DNA from: Mobula hypostoma
Taxonomy: Eukaryota
Assembly (NCBI RefSeq): GCF_963921235.1
Contig: NC_086097.1
Span: 105,216,001-105,280,000, forward strand
Length of the DNA stretch: 64,000 nucleotides
Direction of reading: 5' to 3'
The position numbers and the translations under genes are program-made. Below, piece by piece: positions 13,218 through 26,075 of this stretch. The notes beneath the pieces were generated by a model, which saw only the letters and a program-made list of their open reading frames with translations, ran no database searches and was not told the origin of the DNA. The stretch's first letter is position 1. Each line of letters starts with the position of its first letter.

Positions 13218-13857
13218 CTTAAACAGGGGTAACGGTGGGAGGAGAGAGAGCAGCGCACCTGCACGTGCGCAGCCCTCCAGTGAAAAATGATATTGTATCT
13301 GTTAAATAGGGGTTGTGGACAATTCTGATTTGATAGAGAATGACGTGAAAGCACAGAGGAACATCTGGAGAAATTTCTGAAACGTTCGTTCACTGCTGTC
13401 ATTACTGTGTGGTCGGGAATCTTTTGGAGGGTAGGCCTCAAAATCCCCGGCTTTGCCTGCTGTTAGCGACCGAGGTTGAGGTTAAATCGTTCGGATAGAG
13501 ATGGTGCTCAGTACTCGGTGTCGGAGAGCTGATCAGAGCTCGAAGTTTTCGGATGACTCACAGTCGGACTGTGGTCGGCGTGGCAGGTAGAGTTTTTCTT
13601 CCTTCTCCCGTCTGCGTGAGATGTGGGACATTTGAGAGACTTTGAACTTTTACTGTGCTCATGGACTTCTTCGTCAAGTTATGGTATTGTTGCACTGTTG
13701 TAACTATATGTTATAATTATGTGGTTTTGTCAGTTTTTTCAGTCTTGGTCTGTCCTGTGTTTTGTGATATCACACCGGAGGAAATATTGCATCATTTCTT
13801 AATGCATGCATTACTAAATGACAATAAAAGAACGGACTGCATGTCTTCATAATCTAA
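13218..13857 (+). repeat. Unclassified non-coding insertion interrupting the hAT transposase
   Basis: CpG-richer block with an AATAAA/aatct-type end; hAT sequence resumes on both sides. Confidence 0.55.
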
Positions 13858-14869
13858 CTTGGACAAAGATGTGGAGATGACTGATCTGATTCACATGATT
13901 TCCTTGCAATTGAAGCTTGGTTCATTAAATTGCTGGGGTGGTGTGGTTTGAATGGCCGGAAGGCTTGAGTACTGTGCTGTATCTCTAAATAAACAACTTG
14001 GCAAATAATTCTGATAAATAAGCAATGTCATGCCTAATATTCTTCAGCTGATTACTGAATGAAGCATTCAAGACTTCAGAGAATTTTTATCACAGTTTCA
14101 AAAAGTGCACAAAAGCATCTCAGGCAGGTTTTTTGTTGAGAGCCACCCGACCTCTCTGTGCAACAGCAAGTGCTCAAACTGTTCATCATTCTCAATACAA
14201 AGGTCTTGAAATAGTTGAGAACTGAGTATATGGGGCTTAACTTTATTTACTGTTGTGACAACAGTATTTCATCATTTGTGTAGCTGATCACTGAGGTTTT
14301 TTTGTGACAAGATGTTGTCTGTGAATTACTCAGTGAATAGTAAATATGTTAGGTACAATTTTATTTTCAAGAAAGTAATAACCCCATGGTGGCATCCTAT
14401 CATTGATGGTGCTCAATCTGTTACACAAGCAAGAATGCTGGTGAGTGGAATGTCCTCTTAAGATTGTCCAACAACCCAAAATATTGACTCCCACTTCTTA
14501 TGTTTCTAATTCTTTGCAAATAACAACTCTTGAATCATACTCTCATCTTTTATGAAATGAACATAACCATGAAACTAAGATTCTTGGCCTGGCAATGCAA
14601 CCACACAGCAAATTCTGCAGTTCTAAGTTGTACAATGGGTCTTCCACATTCTCAGACAGCTCATCTATTCATCTTTGAACAGAGTTGTCACTGAGCGGAA
14701 TTGCTTGAATATTTTGTCTGGTCTCTAATGCAGAAATGTACTCAGAACCTCTCTTACTGCTGGCAGAATGAGTTCTTCTCCAATTGTATGGGGCTTTCCA
14801 GATTTAGCAATGAGCAATGAAATGCAAACTATCACCATTTCCATCTTTAATATCTCTATTTTTCCCTTT

Positions 14870-15572
14870 CAGGGTTCTTTTGAAGACCCTGACCCGGAGC
14901 TACATGCTGACTACGGTTCTTTGCGGGAATACGACTGGCTCTCAGGGTTTCATGACTGGCCATCATACCACACATCAAGGGCTCGGCCTAAGAGCTTAGC
15001 TCACCTTCGGAAGGCTGAGATCTTGTGGCTCTGTAGACGGTCGGTGGTCGGTGTCCGGGCAGATCGGTGGGACATGGGAGATGGAAGATCTACGGCTGTG
15101 TGCCCAGAAACCCAAGAGCTTTGGGCACAGAGCTTGGAAAAAGCAACGCAGTGGACTTTTAACATCGTAAACCAGCGAGTTGTTTGTTATGTCTCCCCTC
15201 TCACTGTGAAATGGAGACATCTCTTTTTCCTTTATTAGGGAGAGAGAGAGCCTGTGGTACTTCAAAGACCAGGTGAACAAGTAGTCTTCGGGGTAACTGC
15301 AAGTCTGTGTCTTTGCTGTTGCTTCGCTCACGCTTGTGTGCTCGGTGGTGGGTGCCGATGCTTTTTTTTTGCCGGTGGGGGGAGGGAGGATTGTTGCTTG
15401 ATGCCACTTACGTGTGGGAGGGAGGGGAGCTGAGGTGGACTTTGGGGTTCTAACATTTAACTGTCATTCATTCTTTGGGGGCACTCCTCTGTTTTTAGGG
15501 ATGTTTGCAAAGAAAAAGCATTTCAGGATGTATATTGTGTACATTTCTCTGACATTAAATGTACCTTTGAAA
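14870..15572 (+). repeat. Unclassified non-coding interspersed repeat nested in hAT
   Basis: A second copy of its 3' end occurs at 1-143. Confidence 0.6.
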
Positions 15573-18500
15573 CTTTGTTGTGAGGTGCAGGCAAATATGT
15601 TTTGAAGGGTTTGCCATTATTGAAAGTTGTCGCAAAGTGACTGAAAATAAGCCAAGTTCTTGTTTGCTTTATCAATGTGTATTCTCTTCAAATAGTCAAG
15701 GAGCCAAGATGGTTTCATTGCTTCAACTGAAAAAACTTTTTTCACACAACAGACACCTGGTTGCTGGTTGGTTGGTTGTTTGGTGCTGATACAAATCCAT
15801 TTTTCTGAAACTACACACGATACCGTCTACACTTCTTTTTTGTTTGGTCTGCTTCTGCTATATTCATTATGGATTAATGATCACTATCAATCGCCTATTG
15901 TTCATGTTCAACTTCAAATACTGCAATCAATAAAGGGGAAAACTATGATACCATCATTGCTTAGGTAAAACCAGACTCTCTGACTGAAGGTACATAAAAT
16001 GAGGCAGTGATATCTTGGTTGGGCCATGGGGCTAGCAAAATGCAGTCAACACCATTTGAAAGGGCAGATACTTAACGTTACCCCATTGAACACCACACCC
16101 TAATTCACAGGATTTCATCACTGTGTGATTAGATTATGGGAACTATACTAGCTAATGCTGTACTACACTACTGAAGGGCAAAAACGCGTGGTCTGGATCC
16201 TGAGATAACACGATTTCTGCAGTGCAGTTTCTCAAGATATGCCAAATACAGAAGCGTAACTTTGCTTTTTAACAACTATATTGTGCTTTGAGCACAGTCC
16301 GAGAGAATGGTGGGTTAAACAAGATATGAAGTGATTATGCGATCACTACACTGTAATCAGTTATGAGGCAATACTTGCAATAAGTAATTCATTTCTTAAA
16401 TTAATCCCTCAACTACCCCCTTTGCTACTGAGCACCCTCCCCCTACTCTCCCAGGACTGGGGGCAATATCTTCCATTTTGAGAACCATTGTTGTAGTGCA
16501 TCAAGGGATCTTTTGCATTCACTGAAAGGTACAGTTGGCGGGGACGACTGACCAGGGGTAAGCCAAGGTGGCAGGGCCTCCAGCACTGAGTCTGACCCTG
16601 TGGTACACAGAAGAGGAGAGCTGTCATCACTGGGGACTCTATAGTCAGGGGAGCAGACAGGAGATTTTGTGGACGTGAGAAGGACACCCGCATGGTGTGT
16701 TGCCTCCTGGGTGCCAGGGTCCGGGATGTCTCTGACCGGGTGCACGACAACCTGGTATGAGAGGGAAAGCAACCAGAAGTCGTGATACATGTTGTCACCA
16801 ACGACAAAGGCAAGAAGAGGGATGAGGTCCTGAAGTGTGAGTTTTGGGAACTAGGCAGAAGGCTGAAGAACAGGACCTCAAGGGTGGCGTTCTCAGGATT
16901 GCTGCCAGTGCTACACGATAGTGATGGTAAGAATCGGAGGAGATGGTAGTTGAATGTGTGGCTGAGGAGTTGGCGCAGGGGGCAAGGTTTTAGATTTTTA
17001 GATCATTGGGATCTCTTCTGGGGAAGGTGGGACCTGTACAGATTGGATGGGTTGCACCTGCACTCCAGGGGGAGCAATATCCTTGCAGGTAGGTTTGCTA
17101 GCATGGTTCGGGAGGGTTTAAACTAATTTGCAAGGGGGATGGGACCCAGAGCGATAGAGCAGTGAAGGAAGTACATGGAGTAAAGCCAGATCTTAACATA
17201 TAGAGAGGCTTTGAGGAAAGAGAAGCAGAATAAAAGGTGTAAAGGTAGTAAGGTAGAAGGGCTAAAGTGCGTGTACGTCAATGCAAAAAACACCAGGAAC
17301 AAAGGTGATGAACTGAGAGCTTGGATACATACATGGAATTATGATGTAGTGGCCATTACAGAGACTTGGCTGGCACCAGGGCAGGAATGGATTCTCAATA
17401 TTCCTGGATTTCAGTGCTTTAAAAGGGATAGAGAGGGGAAAAAGGGGAGGAGGGGTGGCATTACTGGGTAGGGATACTATTACAGCTACAGAAAGGGTGG
17501 GTAATGTAGCAGGATTGTCTCTTGAGTCAGTATGGGTGGAAGTCAGGAACAGGAAGGAAGCAGTTACTCTATTGAGAGTATTCTATAGGCCCCCTGCTAG
17601 CAACAGAGATACCAAGGAGCAGATAGGGAGGCAGATTTTGGAAAGGTGCAAAAATAACAGGGTTATTATCATGGGTGACTTTAACTTCCTTAATATTGAT
17701 CGGCACCTGATTAGTTCCAACTGTTCAGACGGGGCAGTTTGTTAAGTGTGTTCAGGACGGATTCCTGTCACAGTATGTGGACAGGCCAACTAGGGGGAAT
17801 GCCATACTAGATCCAGCATTAGATAACGAACCGGGTCAGGTTACAGATCTCTCAGTGGGTGAGCATCTGGGGGACAGTGACCACCACTCCCTGGCCTTTA
17901 GCATTATCATGGAAAAGGACAGGAAAATTTTTGATTGGGGAAGGGCAAATTTTGAGGTTATAGGCTAGAACTTGCAGGTGTAAATTGGGATGATGTTTCT
18001 GCAGGGAAACGTACTATGGACATGTGGTCGATGTTTAGGGATCTCTTGCAGGTTGCTAGGGATAAATTTGTCCCGGTGAGGAAGATAAAGAATGGTAGGG
18101 TGAAGGAACCATGGGTGACAAGTGAGGTGGAAAATCTAGTCAGGTGGAAGAAGGCAGCATACATGAGGTTTAGGAAGCAAGGATCAGATGGGTCTATTGA
18201 GGAATATAAGGTAGCAAGAAAGGAGCTTAAGAAGGGGCTGAGAAGAGCAAGAAGGGGGCATGAGAAGGCCTTGGCAAGTAGGGTAAAGGAAAACCCCAAG
18301 GCATTTTTCAGTTATGTGAAGAACAAAAGGATGACAGGAGTGAAGGTAGGACCGATTAGAGATAAAGGTGGGAAGATGTGCCTGGAGGCTGTGCAAGTGA
18401 GCAAGGTCCTCAATGAATACTTCTCTTCGGTATTCACCAATGAGAGAGAACTTGATGACGGTGAGGACAATATGAGTGAGGTTGATGTTCTGGAGCATGT

Positions 18501-19809
18501 TGATATTAAGGGAGAGGAGGTGTTGGAGTTATTAAAATACATTAGGACAGATAAGTCCCCGGGGTCTGACGGAATATTCCCCAGGCTGCTCCATGAGGCG
18601 AGGAAAGAGATGATCTTTATGTCCTCTTTGTCCACGGGAATGGTACCGGAGGATTGGAGCGAGGCGAATGTTGTCTCCTTGTTCAAAAAAGGTAGTAGGG
18701 ATAGGCCAGTGAGCCTGACATCTGTGGTGGAAAAGCTGTTGGAAAAGAGTCTTAGAAATGTGAGCTATGGGCATTTAGAGATACATGGTCTGATCAGGGA
18801 CAGTCAGCATGGCTTTGTGAAGGACAGATCGTGTCTAACAAGCCTGATAGAGTTCTTTGAGGTGGTGACCAGGCATATAGATGAGGGTAGTGTAGTGAAT
18901 GTGATCTGCATGGATTTTAGTAAGGCATTTGACAAGGTTCCACACGGTAGGCTTATTCAGGAAGTTAGAAGGCATGGGATCCAGGGAAGTTTGGCCAGGT
19001 GGATTCAGAATTGGCTTGCCTGCAGAAGGCAGAGGGTGGTGGTGGAGGGAGTACATTCAGATTGGAGGATTGTGACTAGTAGTGTCCCACAGGGATCTGT
19101 TCTGGGACCTCTACTTTTCGTGATTTTTATTAACGACCTGGATGTGGGGGTAGAAGGGTGGGTTGGCAAGTTTGCAGACGACACAAAGGTTGGTGGTGTT
19201 ATGGATAGTGTAGAGGATTGTCGAAGATTGCAGAGAGACATTGATAGGATGCAGAAGTGGGCCGAGAAGTAGCAGGTGGGGTTCAACCCGGAGAAGTGTG
19301 AGGTGGTACACTTTGGAAGGACAAACTCCAAGGCAGAGTACAAAGTAAATGGCAGGATACCTGGAAGTGTGGAGGAGCATAGGGATCTGGGGGTACATGT
19401 CCACGGATCCCTGAAAGTTGCCTCACAGGTAGATAGGGTAGTTAAGAAAGCTTATGGGGTGTTAGCTTTCATAAGTCGAGGGATAGAGTTTAAGAGTCAC
19501 AAGGTAATGATGCAGCTCTATAAAACTCTGGTTAGGCCGCACTTGGAGTACTGTGTCGAGCTCTGGTTGCCTCACTATAGGAAGGATGTGGAAGCATTGG
19601 AAAGGGTACAGTGGAGATTTACCGGGTTGCTGCCTGGTTTGGAGAGTATGCATTATGATCAGAAATTAAGGGAGCTGGGGCTTTACTCTCTGGAGAGAAA
19701 GATGATGAGAGGAGACTTGATAGAGGTATACAAGATATGAAAAGGAATAGATAGAGTCAACAGCCAGCGCCTTTTCCCAAGGGCAACACTGCTCAGTACA
19801 AGGGGACAT

Positions 19810-20032
19810 ACATCAAAGTTGCTGGTGAACGCAGCAGGCCAGGCAGCATCTATAGGAAGAGGCGCAGTCGACGTTTCAGGCCGAGACCCTTCGTCAGGTA
19901 GTCCTGACGAAGGGTCTCGGCCTGAAACGTCGACTGCGCCTCTTCCTATAGATGCTGCCTGGCCTGCTGCGTTCACCAGCAACTTTGATGTATGTTGCTT
20001 GAATTTCCAGCATCTGCAGAATTGCTGTTGTT
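19810..20032. mobile_element. Penelope-like pLTR insertion in inverted (palindromic) arrangement, with hammerhead motif
   Basis: Perfect arms 19806-19898 and 19903-19995. 17-bp TSD TCAGTACAAGGGGACAT at 19793-19809 and 20033-20049. Confidence 0.85.
19898..19937 (+). ncRNA. Minimal type I hammerhead ribozyme
   Basis: GTAGTC-CTGACGA-A-GGGT-CTCG-GCCT-GAAAC-GTC-GACTGC: stem I 6 bp (one G-U), stem II 4 bp, palindromic ACGT stem III. Confidence 0.7.
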
Positions 20033-20593
20033 TCAGTACAAGGGGACATGGCTTTAAGGCAAGTTCAAGGGGGATATTAGAGGAAGGTTTTTTACTCAGA
20101 GAGTGGTTGGTGCCTGGAACGTACTGCCCAAGTCAGTAGTGGAGGCAGATACACTAGTGAAATTTAAGAGACTACTAGACAGGTATATGGAGAAATTTAA
20201 GGTCCGGGGGGGGCGGGGGGGGATACGTGGGATGCAGGGTTTAAGGGTCGGGAAAACATTGTGGGCCGAAGGGCCTGTACTGTGCTGTACTATTCTATAT
20301 TCTATGAACAGATTATTGTTTCCCTGAATGGACATCACCTCTCAGACAGTAACATTCCCTCCATACTGCACTCCAACGGTGGCCAACAATTCTGTGATAA
20401 CTCTGTAGTCAGACTTGACCTTGAGCTTTCTGGCTATTTCTCACCTGCAGACGACACCCCAGTAACGTCCTGTTCAACAGTTCATTTTCCCTTTTCCCCA
20501 ACCAATCACCATCTTTGATTTGACACAGGTTGAGCAGAAACCTTCAAATGAACAATGGACTGGTCTGAACATATGTCAGTGCAAGATGTTGTC

Positions 20594-22927
20594 ATAGAAA
20601 CATAGAAAATTGGTGCAGGAGTAGGCCATTCGGCCCTTCGAGACTGCACCGCCATTTAGTATGATCATGGCTGATCATCCAACTCAGAACCCCGCCCCAG
20701 CCTTCCCTCCATACCACCGATCCCTTTAGCCACAAGGGCCATACCTAACTCCCTCTTAAATATAGCCAATGAACTGACCTCAACTGTTTCCTGTGGCAGA
20801 GAATTCCACAGATTCACCACTCTCTGTGTGAAGAAGTTTTTCCTCATCTCGGTCCTAAAAGGCTTCCCCTTTATCCTCAATCTGTGACCCCTCGTTCTGG
20901 ACTTCCCCAACATCGGGAACAATCTTCCTGCATCTAGCCTATCCAATCCCTTTAGAATTTTATACGTTTCAATAAGATCCCCCCTCAATCTTCTAAATTC
21001 CAATGAGTATAAGCCTAGTTGATCCAGTCTTTCATCAAATGGAAGTCCTGCAATCTCAGGAATCAATCTGGTGAACCTTCCTTGTACTCCCTCTATGGCA
21101 AGGATGTCTTTCCTCAGATTAGGGGACCAAAACTGCACACAATACTGCAGGTGTGGTGTCACCAAGGCCTTGTACAACTGCAGTAGTACCTCCCTGCTCC
21201 TGTACTCGAATCCTCTCGCTATAAATGCCAGCATACCATTCGCCTTTTTCACCGCCTGCTGTACCTGCATGCCCACTTTCAATGACTGGTGTATAATGAC
21301 ACCCAGGTCTCGTTGCACCTTCCCTTTTCCTAATCGGCCACCATTCAGATAATAATCTGGTTTCCTGTTTTTGCCACCAAAGTGGATAACCTCACATTTA
21401 TCCACATTAAATTGCATCTCCCATGAATTTGCGCACTCACTTAACCTATCCAAGTCACCCTGCATTCTCTTAGCATCCTCCTCACAGCTAACACTGCCGC
21501 CCAGCTTCGTGTCATCCGCAAACTTGGAGGCGCTGCATTTAATTCCATCGTCTAAGTCATTAATATATGTTGTAAACAACCGGGGTCCCAGCACTGAGCC
21601 TTGCGGTACCCCACTAGTCACTGCCTGCCATTCTGAAAAGGTCCTGTTTATTCCCACTCTTTGCTTCCTGTCTGCTAACCAATTTTCTATGCACATCAAT
21701 ACCATACCCCCAATACCGGGTGTTTTAAGTTTGCACACTAATCTTCTGTGTGGGACCTTGTCAAAAGCCTTTTGAAAATCCAAATATACCACATCTACTG
21801 GTTCTCCCCTATCCACTCTACTAGTTACATCCTCAAAAAATTCTATGAGATTCGTCAGACATGATTTTCCTTTCACAAATCCATGCTGACTTTGTCCGAT
21901 GATTTCACCGCTTTCCAAATGTGCTGTTATCACATCCTTGATAACTGACTCTAGCAGTTTCCCCACCACCGACGTTAGGCTAACCGGTCTATAATTCCCC
22001 AGTTTCTCTCTCCCTCCTTTTTTAAAAAGTGGGGTTACATTAGCCACCCTCCAATCCTCAGGAATTAGTCCAGAATCTAAAGAGTTTTGAAAAATTATCA
22101 CTAATGCATCCACTATTTCTTGGGCTACTTCCTTAAGCACTCTGGGATGCAGACCATCTGGCCCTGGGGATTTATCTGCCTTCAATCCCTTCAATTTACC
22201 TAACACCACTTCCCTACTAACATGTATTTCCCTCAGTCCCTCCATCTCACTAGACCCTCTGTCCCTTACTATTTCTGGAAGATTATTTATGTCCTCCTTA
22301 GTGAAGACAGAACCAAAGTAATTATTCAATTGGTCTGCCATGTCCTTGCTCCCCATAATCAATTCACCTGTTTCTGTCTGTAGGGGACCCATATTTGTCT
22401 TAAACAATCTTTTTCTTTTCACATATCTATAAAAACTTTGACAGTCAGTTTTTATGTTCCCTGCCAGTTTTCTCTCATAATCTTTTTTCCCCTTCCTAAT
22501 TAAGCCCTTTGTCCTCCTCTGCTGGACTCTGAATTTCTCCCAGTCCTCAGGTGAGCCACTTTTTCTGGCTAATTTGTATGCTTCTTCTTTGGAATTGATA
22601 CTATCCCTAATTTCTTTTGTCAGCCACGGGTGCACTACCTTCCTTGATTTATTCTTTTGCCAAACTGGGATGAACAATTGTTGTACATCATCCATGCGAT
22701 CTTTAAATGCTTGCCATTGCATATCCACCGTCAACCCTTTAAGTGTCATTTGCCAGTCTATCTTAGCTAATTCACATCTCATACCTTCAAAGTTACCCCT
22801 CTTTAAGTTCAGAACCTTTGTTTCTGAATTAACTATGTCACTCTCCATCTTAATGAAGAATTCCACCATATTATGGTCACTCTTACCCAAGGGGCCTCTC
22901 TCAACAAGATTGCTAATTAACCCTTCC
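20594..22927 (-). mobile_element. Young 5'-truncated CR1 with open RT frame; same subfamily as 3157-6220
   Basis: ORF 20665..23025 is nearly identical in protein to 3091..6126 from EGLIS onward; (TTTCTATG)n tail at 20594-20609. Confidence 0.93.
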
Positions 22928-23199
22928 AAACTTGTCCTTTGGAAAGTCAAGGCAAGACTTTCACAGTGAACAGTCGGAACCTGCAGAGAGTTATTGAATA
23001 GAGAGGCTCTAGGGTTCACATACATGGTTCTCTGAAAGTGGCGTCACAGGTAGAGAAGGGTGGTGAAGTCAGCTTTTGGCATGTTGACCATCATCAGTCC
23101 AGGCATTGAATATTAAAAAGTCGGGAGGTCACAGTGCAGCCTTACAAGACTCTGCTGAGGCCGTACTTGTTGTATGTGTTCAGTTTTGGAAACCCACTA

Positions 23200-24522
23200 C
23201 AGACTTCCCCCACCATCCGAAGGTAGAGTGTTCCCGTGAAACGGTTCGTAAGCCAGAATGTCGTAAAGTGAAGAAGCAATTACCATTTATTGATATGGAA
23301 AAAATTAGTGAGCGTTCGCAGACCCAAAAAATAACCTACCAAATCATGCCAAATAACACATAAAACCTAAAGTAACAGTAACATATAGTAAAAGCAGGAA
23401 TGATATGATAAATACACAGCCTATAAAAGTAGAAATTCTTTTCTGCAATCATTGCACTGTCCACCGTAGTGAAAATCTCACGCAAGCGCTCTCGGCAGAA
23501 ACACTCGGCGCAAGCGCTCCCAGCAGAAACACACTCTCTCTAGTAACCTTTAAACTATGAAGCTACCAAATCATACCAAATAACACATAAAAATACACAG
23601 TCTATATAATGCAGAAATAATGTATGTACAGTGTAGTAACACTTACGGGAATCTAGAAGACAGTGAGCACGCTGATGATGGTGTGTTAGGCTGAGTCATC
23701 AGAGGTTGGGGTGGTGGGACACTGGGGTATCATCTCATCGTCGACTGTTTCCATCAGGGCAGGCAGGTCATCTTCTATCTCTGCCTGCCTCAATGTCAAA
23801 GGTTGAGGTTCGTCATCTGCTGTGGCTGATGTGGAAGGCTTGAAAAACGACAGTATGCTTGACTGCTTAGCCTCGCGCATTTTTTTATCATACAATTCTT
23901 TGTAAGCAAACCATCCTGCAAATATGCCCTAAACCTACGTAACCTTTCAGAATTAAAGTTGTACTTTTCTGCAATCATTGTTGTCAATGCAGCGAAAATC
24001 TCACGTAGTTGCTTCACCTTCAGTTCCTGGACGACTTCACTTTCCGTCTGTTTGCTACTGCATTCGGTTTCGATTGTTATCCTTTCCTCTTCCAATTGTA
24101 TCAGCTCTTCATCTATCAGTTCTTGGTCATTGGATGCCAAAACCTCTTCAACATCATCTTGGTCAACTTCCACAAGCCAAACTCACTTTGTCCTTACTTC
24201 GTTCACCGCGATCGAAATGATTAATTATGTCTAGTTTTACGCTAAGTGTTACGAGCTCTTTTAGGCTTTTCTGATATCTTAGAACTCATCTTGCTAACGG
24301 ATGCTCAAAATAAATCGACATAAAGCACAGATGCTCACAGGCATGTGTTAAAGCAATGCCGGCTAGAATGCAGTTCTGGGGGAATAGCTTGGCTGCTCCT
24401 TTTGACTGCTTTTTTTCGTAACAGTGAAAACACCTTCTGTTAGCGAAAACAGGTAACTAATGTAGGTCTTTTGTAACAGCGAGGTGTCGTAAAGCAAACG
24501 TTCGAAAAGCAGGGGATACCTG
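23200..24522 (-). mobile_element. TcMar-Tigger (pogo) internally deleted transposon in an old CR1 remnant
   Basis: TA-CAG...GGGGATACCTG ends; Tigger C-terminal remnant EVDQDDVEEVLAS..ELIDEELIQLEEE..KQSSILSFFKP. Confidence 0.8.
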
Positions 24523-25325
24523 CATATGAAATATGCTATTGAACTGGAAAGAATACAGAAAAAATTAACACGGATGTTGTCAAGATTTGAGAGACTGAGT
24601 TATACAGGGAAGTTGGATAGGCTGGGACTTTACTCTTTGGAGTGAAAGACTGAGAGGTGATCTTAGCGGGGTGTATTAAAATAATGAGGGGCATAGACAC
24701 AGTGAATGTACTCTTGTCTTTTTCCCCTAGGTTGGCAAATCAAGATCTAGAACACATAGGGGGGTGGAAGAGATTAACTTAAGGGGCAACTTTTTTTAAG
24801 AACACAGTGTGATGTGGTATGTAGGTGGAATGAGCTGCCAGAAGTGGTTGAAGCAAGCATGACAACAACTAAATAACTCGTCAACCAGTCCTACATACAC
24901 AAAAACCCATCGAGATACACACAGTGACATGCTCCCCAAACAGTGGACCCTCCGCCCGTCCACCGGTGCTACATAGGCCAACCTATCTGAGAGCTTCCTA
25001 ATCCTCCGAGACCTCTGTATCCCCCTCACCTAAACCCTAAAAGCTCGGACACTACTAGGGATACCTCGGGTCTGCTTGCCAGCTCCTCTCTCACTCATGC
25101 CACCACTACAACTCGGAGCCCCCTGTCCCATGTCTGGGGCCCCGTTTCTTTTCCTTCCTGGTCCTGCTGTAACCCAGACTGCCCACAGCTAGCCCTCCCC
25201 ACTACACCTAACTCAGTGGGAGAAGGGCCAAAGGTCTCTTCCTCAATCATGGGGAAGTTAGCGAAAGGCAGCATGTACCATATGTGCAGCACATCATCCT
25301 TCGAATCCGTATTCTTCCTCATTCC

Positions 25326-26075
25326 CTCGATTGGTAGATGCTGTTTAAGTTTCTCCAAACTGAAACATTTAGCCGGGGCTACCCCTTCAGCCTCCTGCAG
25401 TCGAGACGTCAGCTTCTTTGGGGACTCCTTCAACTCTCGCCACAGCCTCAGCAGTTCTGACTCAGGGTTCCTGGCCATCTCAATCTGGGACACAGTTACC
25501 CCACCAGCTTCTTCCACCCTGACCTGACAAGCAGCAGTTAAAGAACGTTCAGCCTCCGGTTGTTTCTTCCTGAGGGCGTCTTCCAGGTCAACTTTCAGTT
25601 TTTCCACTTCATTTAAACTGTCAATAGTCATCTTCAGGTTCCTTTCAAGCGTCCGCCTCCCTTTTCCGAGATCAGTCCTCCAGTTCTTCACCTCCTCAGG
25701 AGTGCAGTCAAACTCCCCTCCCTGGGCTCTTGGTTTTCTGTTTGCCTTAGTCAGACCACTTCCTTGATCTTCCCTAACTTGTAAGTCTTCCAATCTTTTC
25801 TGGATCTACGTCTTGAGTTTCTGCTGATCCCTTCGAAGGTGAGTCATTGTTTCTTCTCACTGGATTAATTCATCAGTACACAACCGCAGTGTCGGCTCAA
25901 AACTCCGTTGCTCCTTCTCCACGTTGACGAGCGTGAATTCCAAGTCTGCAATGGTCGTCCCACAAGTGCGGCACTCAGTCTCCGGTCAGCATTTCTGAGC
26001 ACTCAGTTCAGTGGTGCAAATCCCCTCTCTCCCGTGTCTCATTCAGACTGATGACCTGGGTTTCCATCCCCAGGT
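25326..26075 (-). pseudogene. Intronless myosin II heavy-chain rod fragment (MYH16-like) inside Gypsy pol
   Basis: [117 protein letters not shown] align to recalled sarcomeric myosin S2/LMM sequence. Confidence 0.8.

Larger units (their letters stand above)
12384..16490 (-). mobile_element. hAT Charlie/Buster-type DNA transposon, degraded, with two nested insertions
   Basis: TIRs CAGTGGTTCTCAAA at 12384 and TTTGAGAACCATTG ending 16490. Transposase C-terminus ...GDLRLLLSDIQPDIEKLISLHQAHPSH*. Confidence 0.8.
16525..20305 (+). mobile_element. CR1 LINE with partial ORF1 (SGNH esterase) and degraded ORF2
   Basis: GDSIVRG...CCLLGARV ORF1 remnant; EN/RT fragments; (ATTCT)n tail. Same subfamily as 57590-61555. 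Confidence 0.9.

Noticed and set aside
19683..20139. Two ORFs with identical N-termini on opposite strands
   Set aside because: Artefact of the perfect palindrome.
22928..23025. N-terminus of the 786-aa ORF
   Set aside because: It is read-through into an older opposite-strand CR1 remnant, not part of the young element.
25095..25793. Functional myosin gene or ZNF106 exon
   Set aside because: No motor domain or splice structure, upstream stops, and embedded in Gypsy pol.
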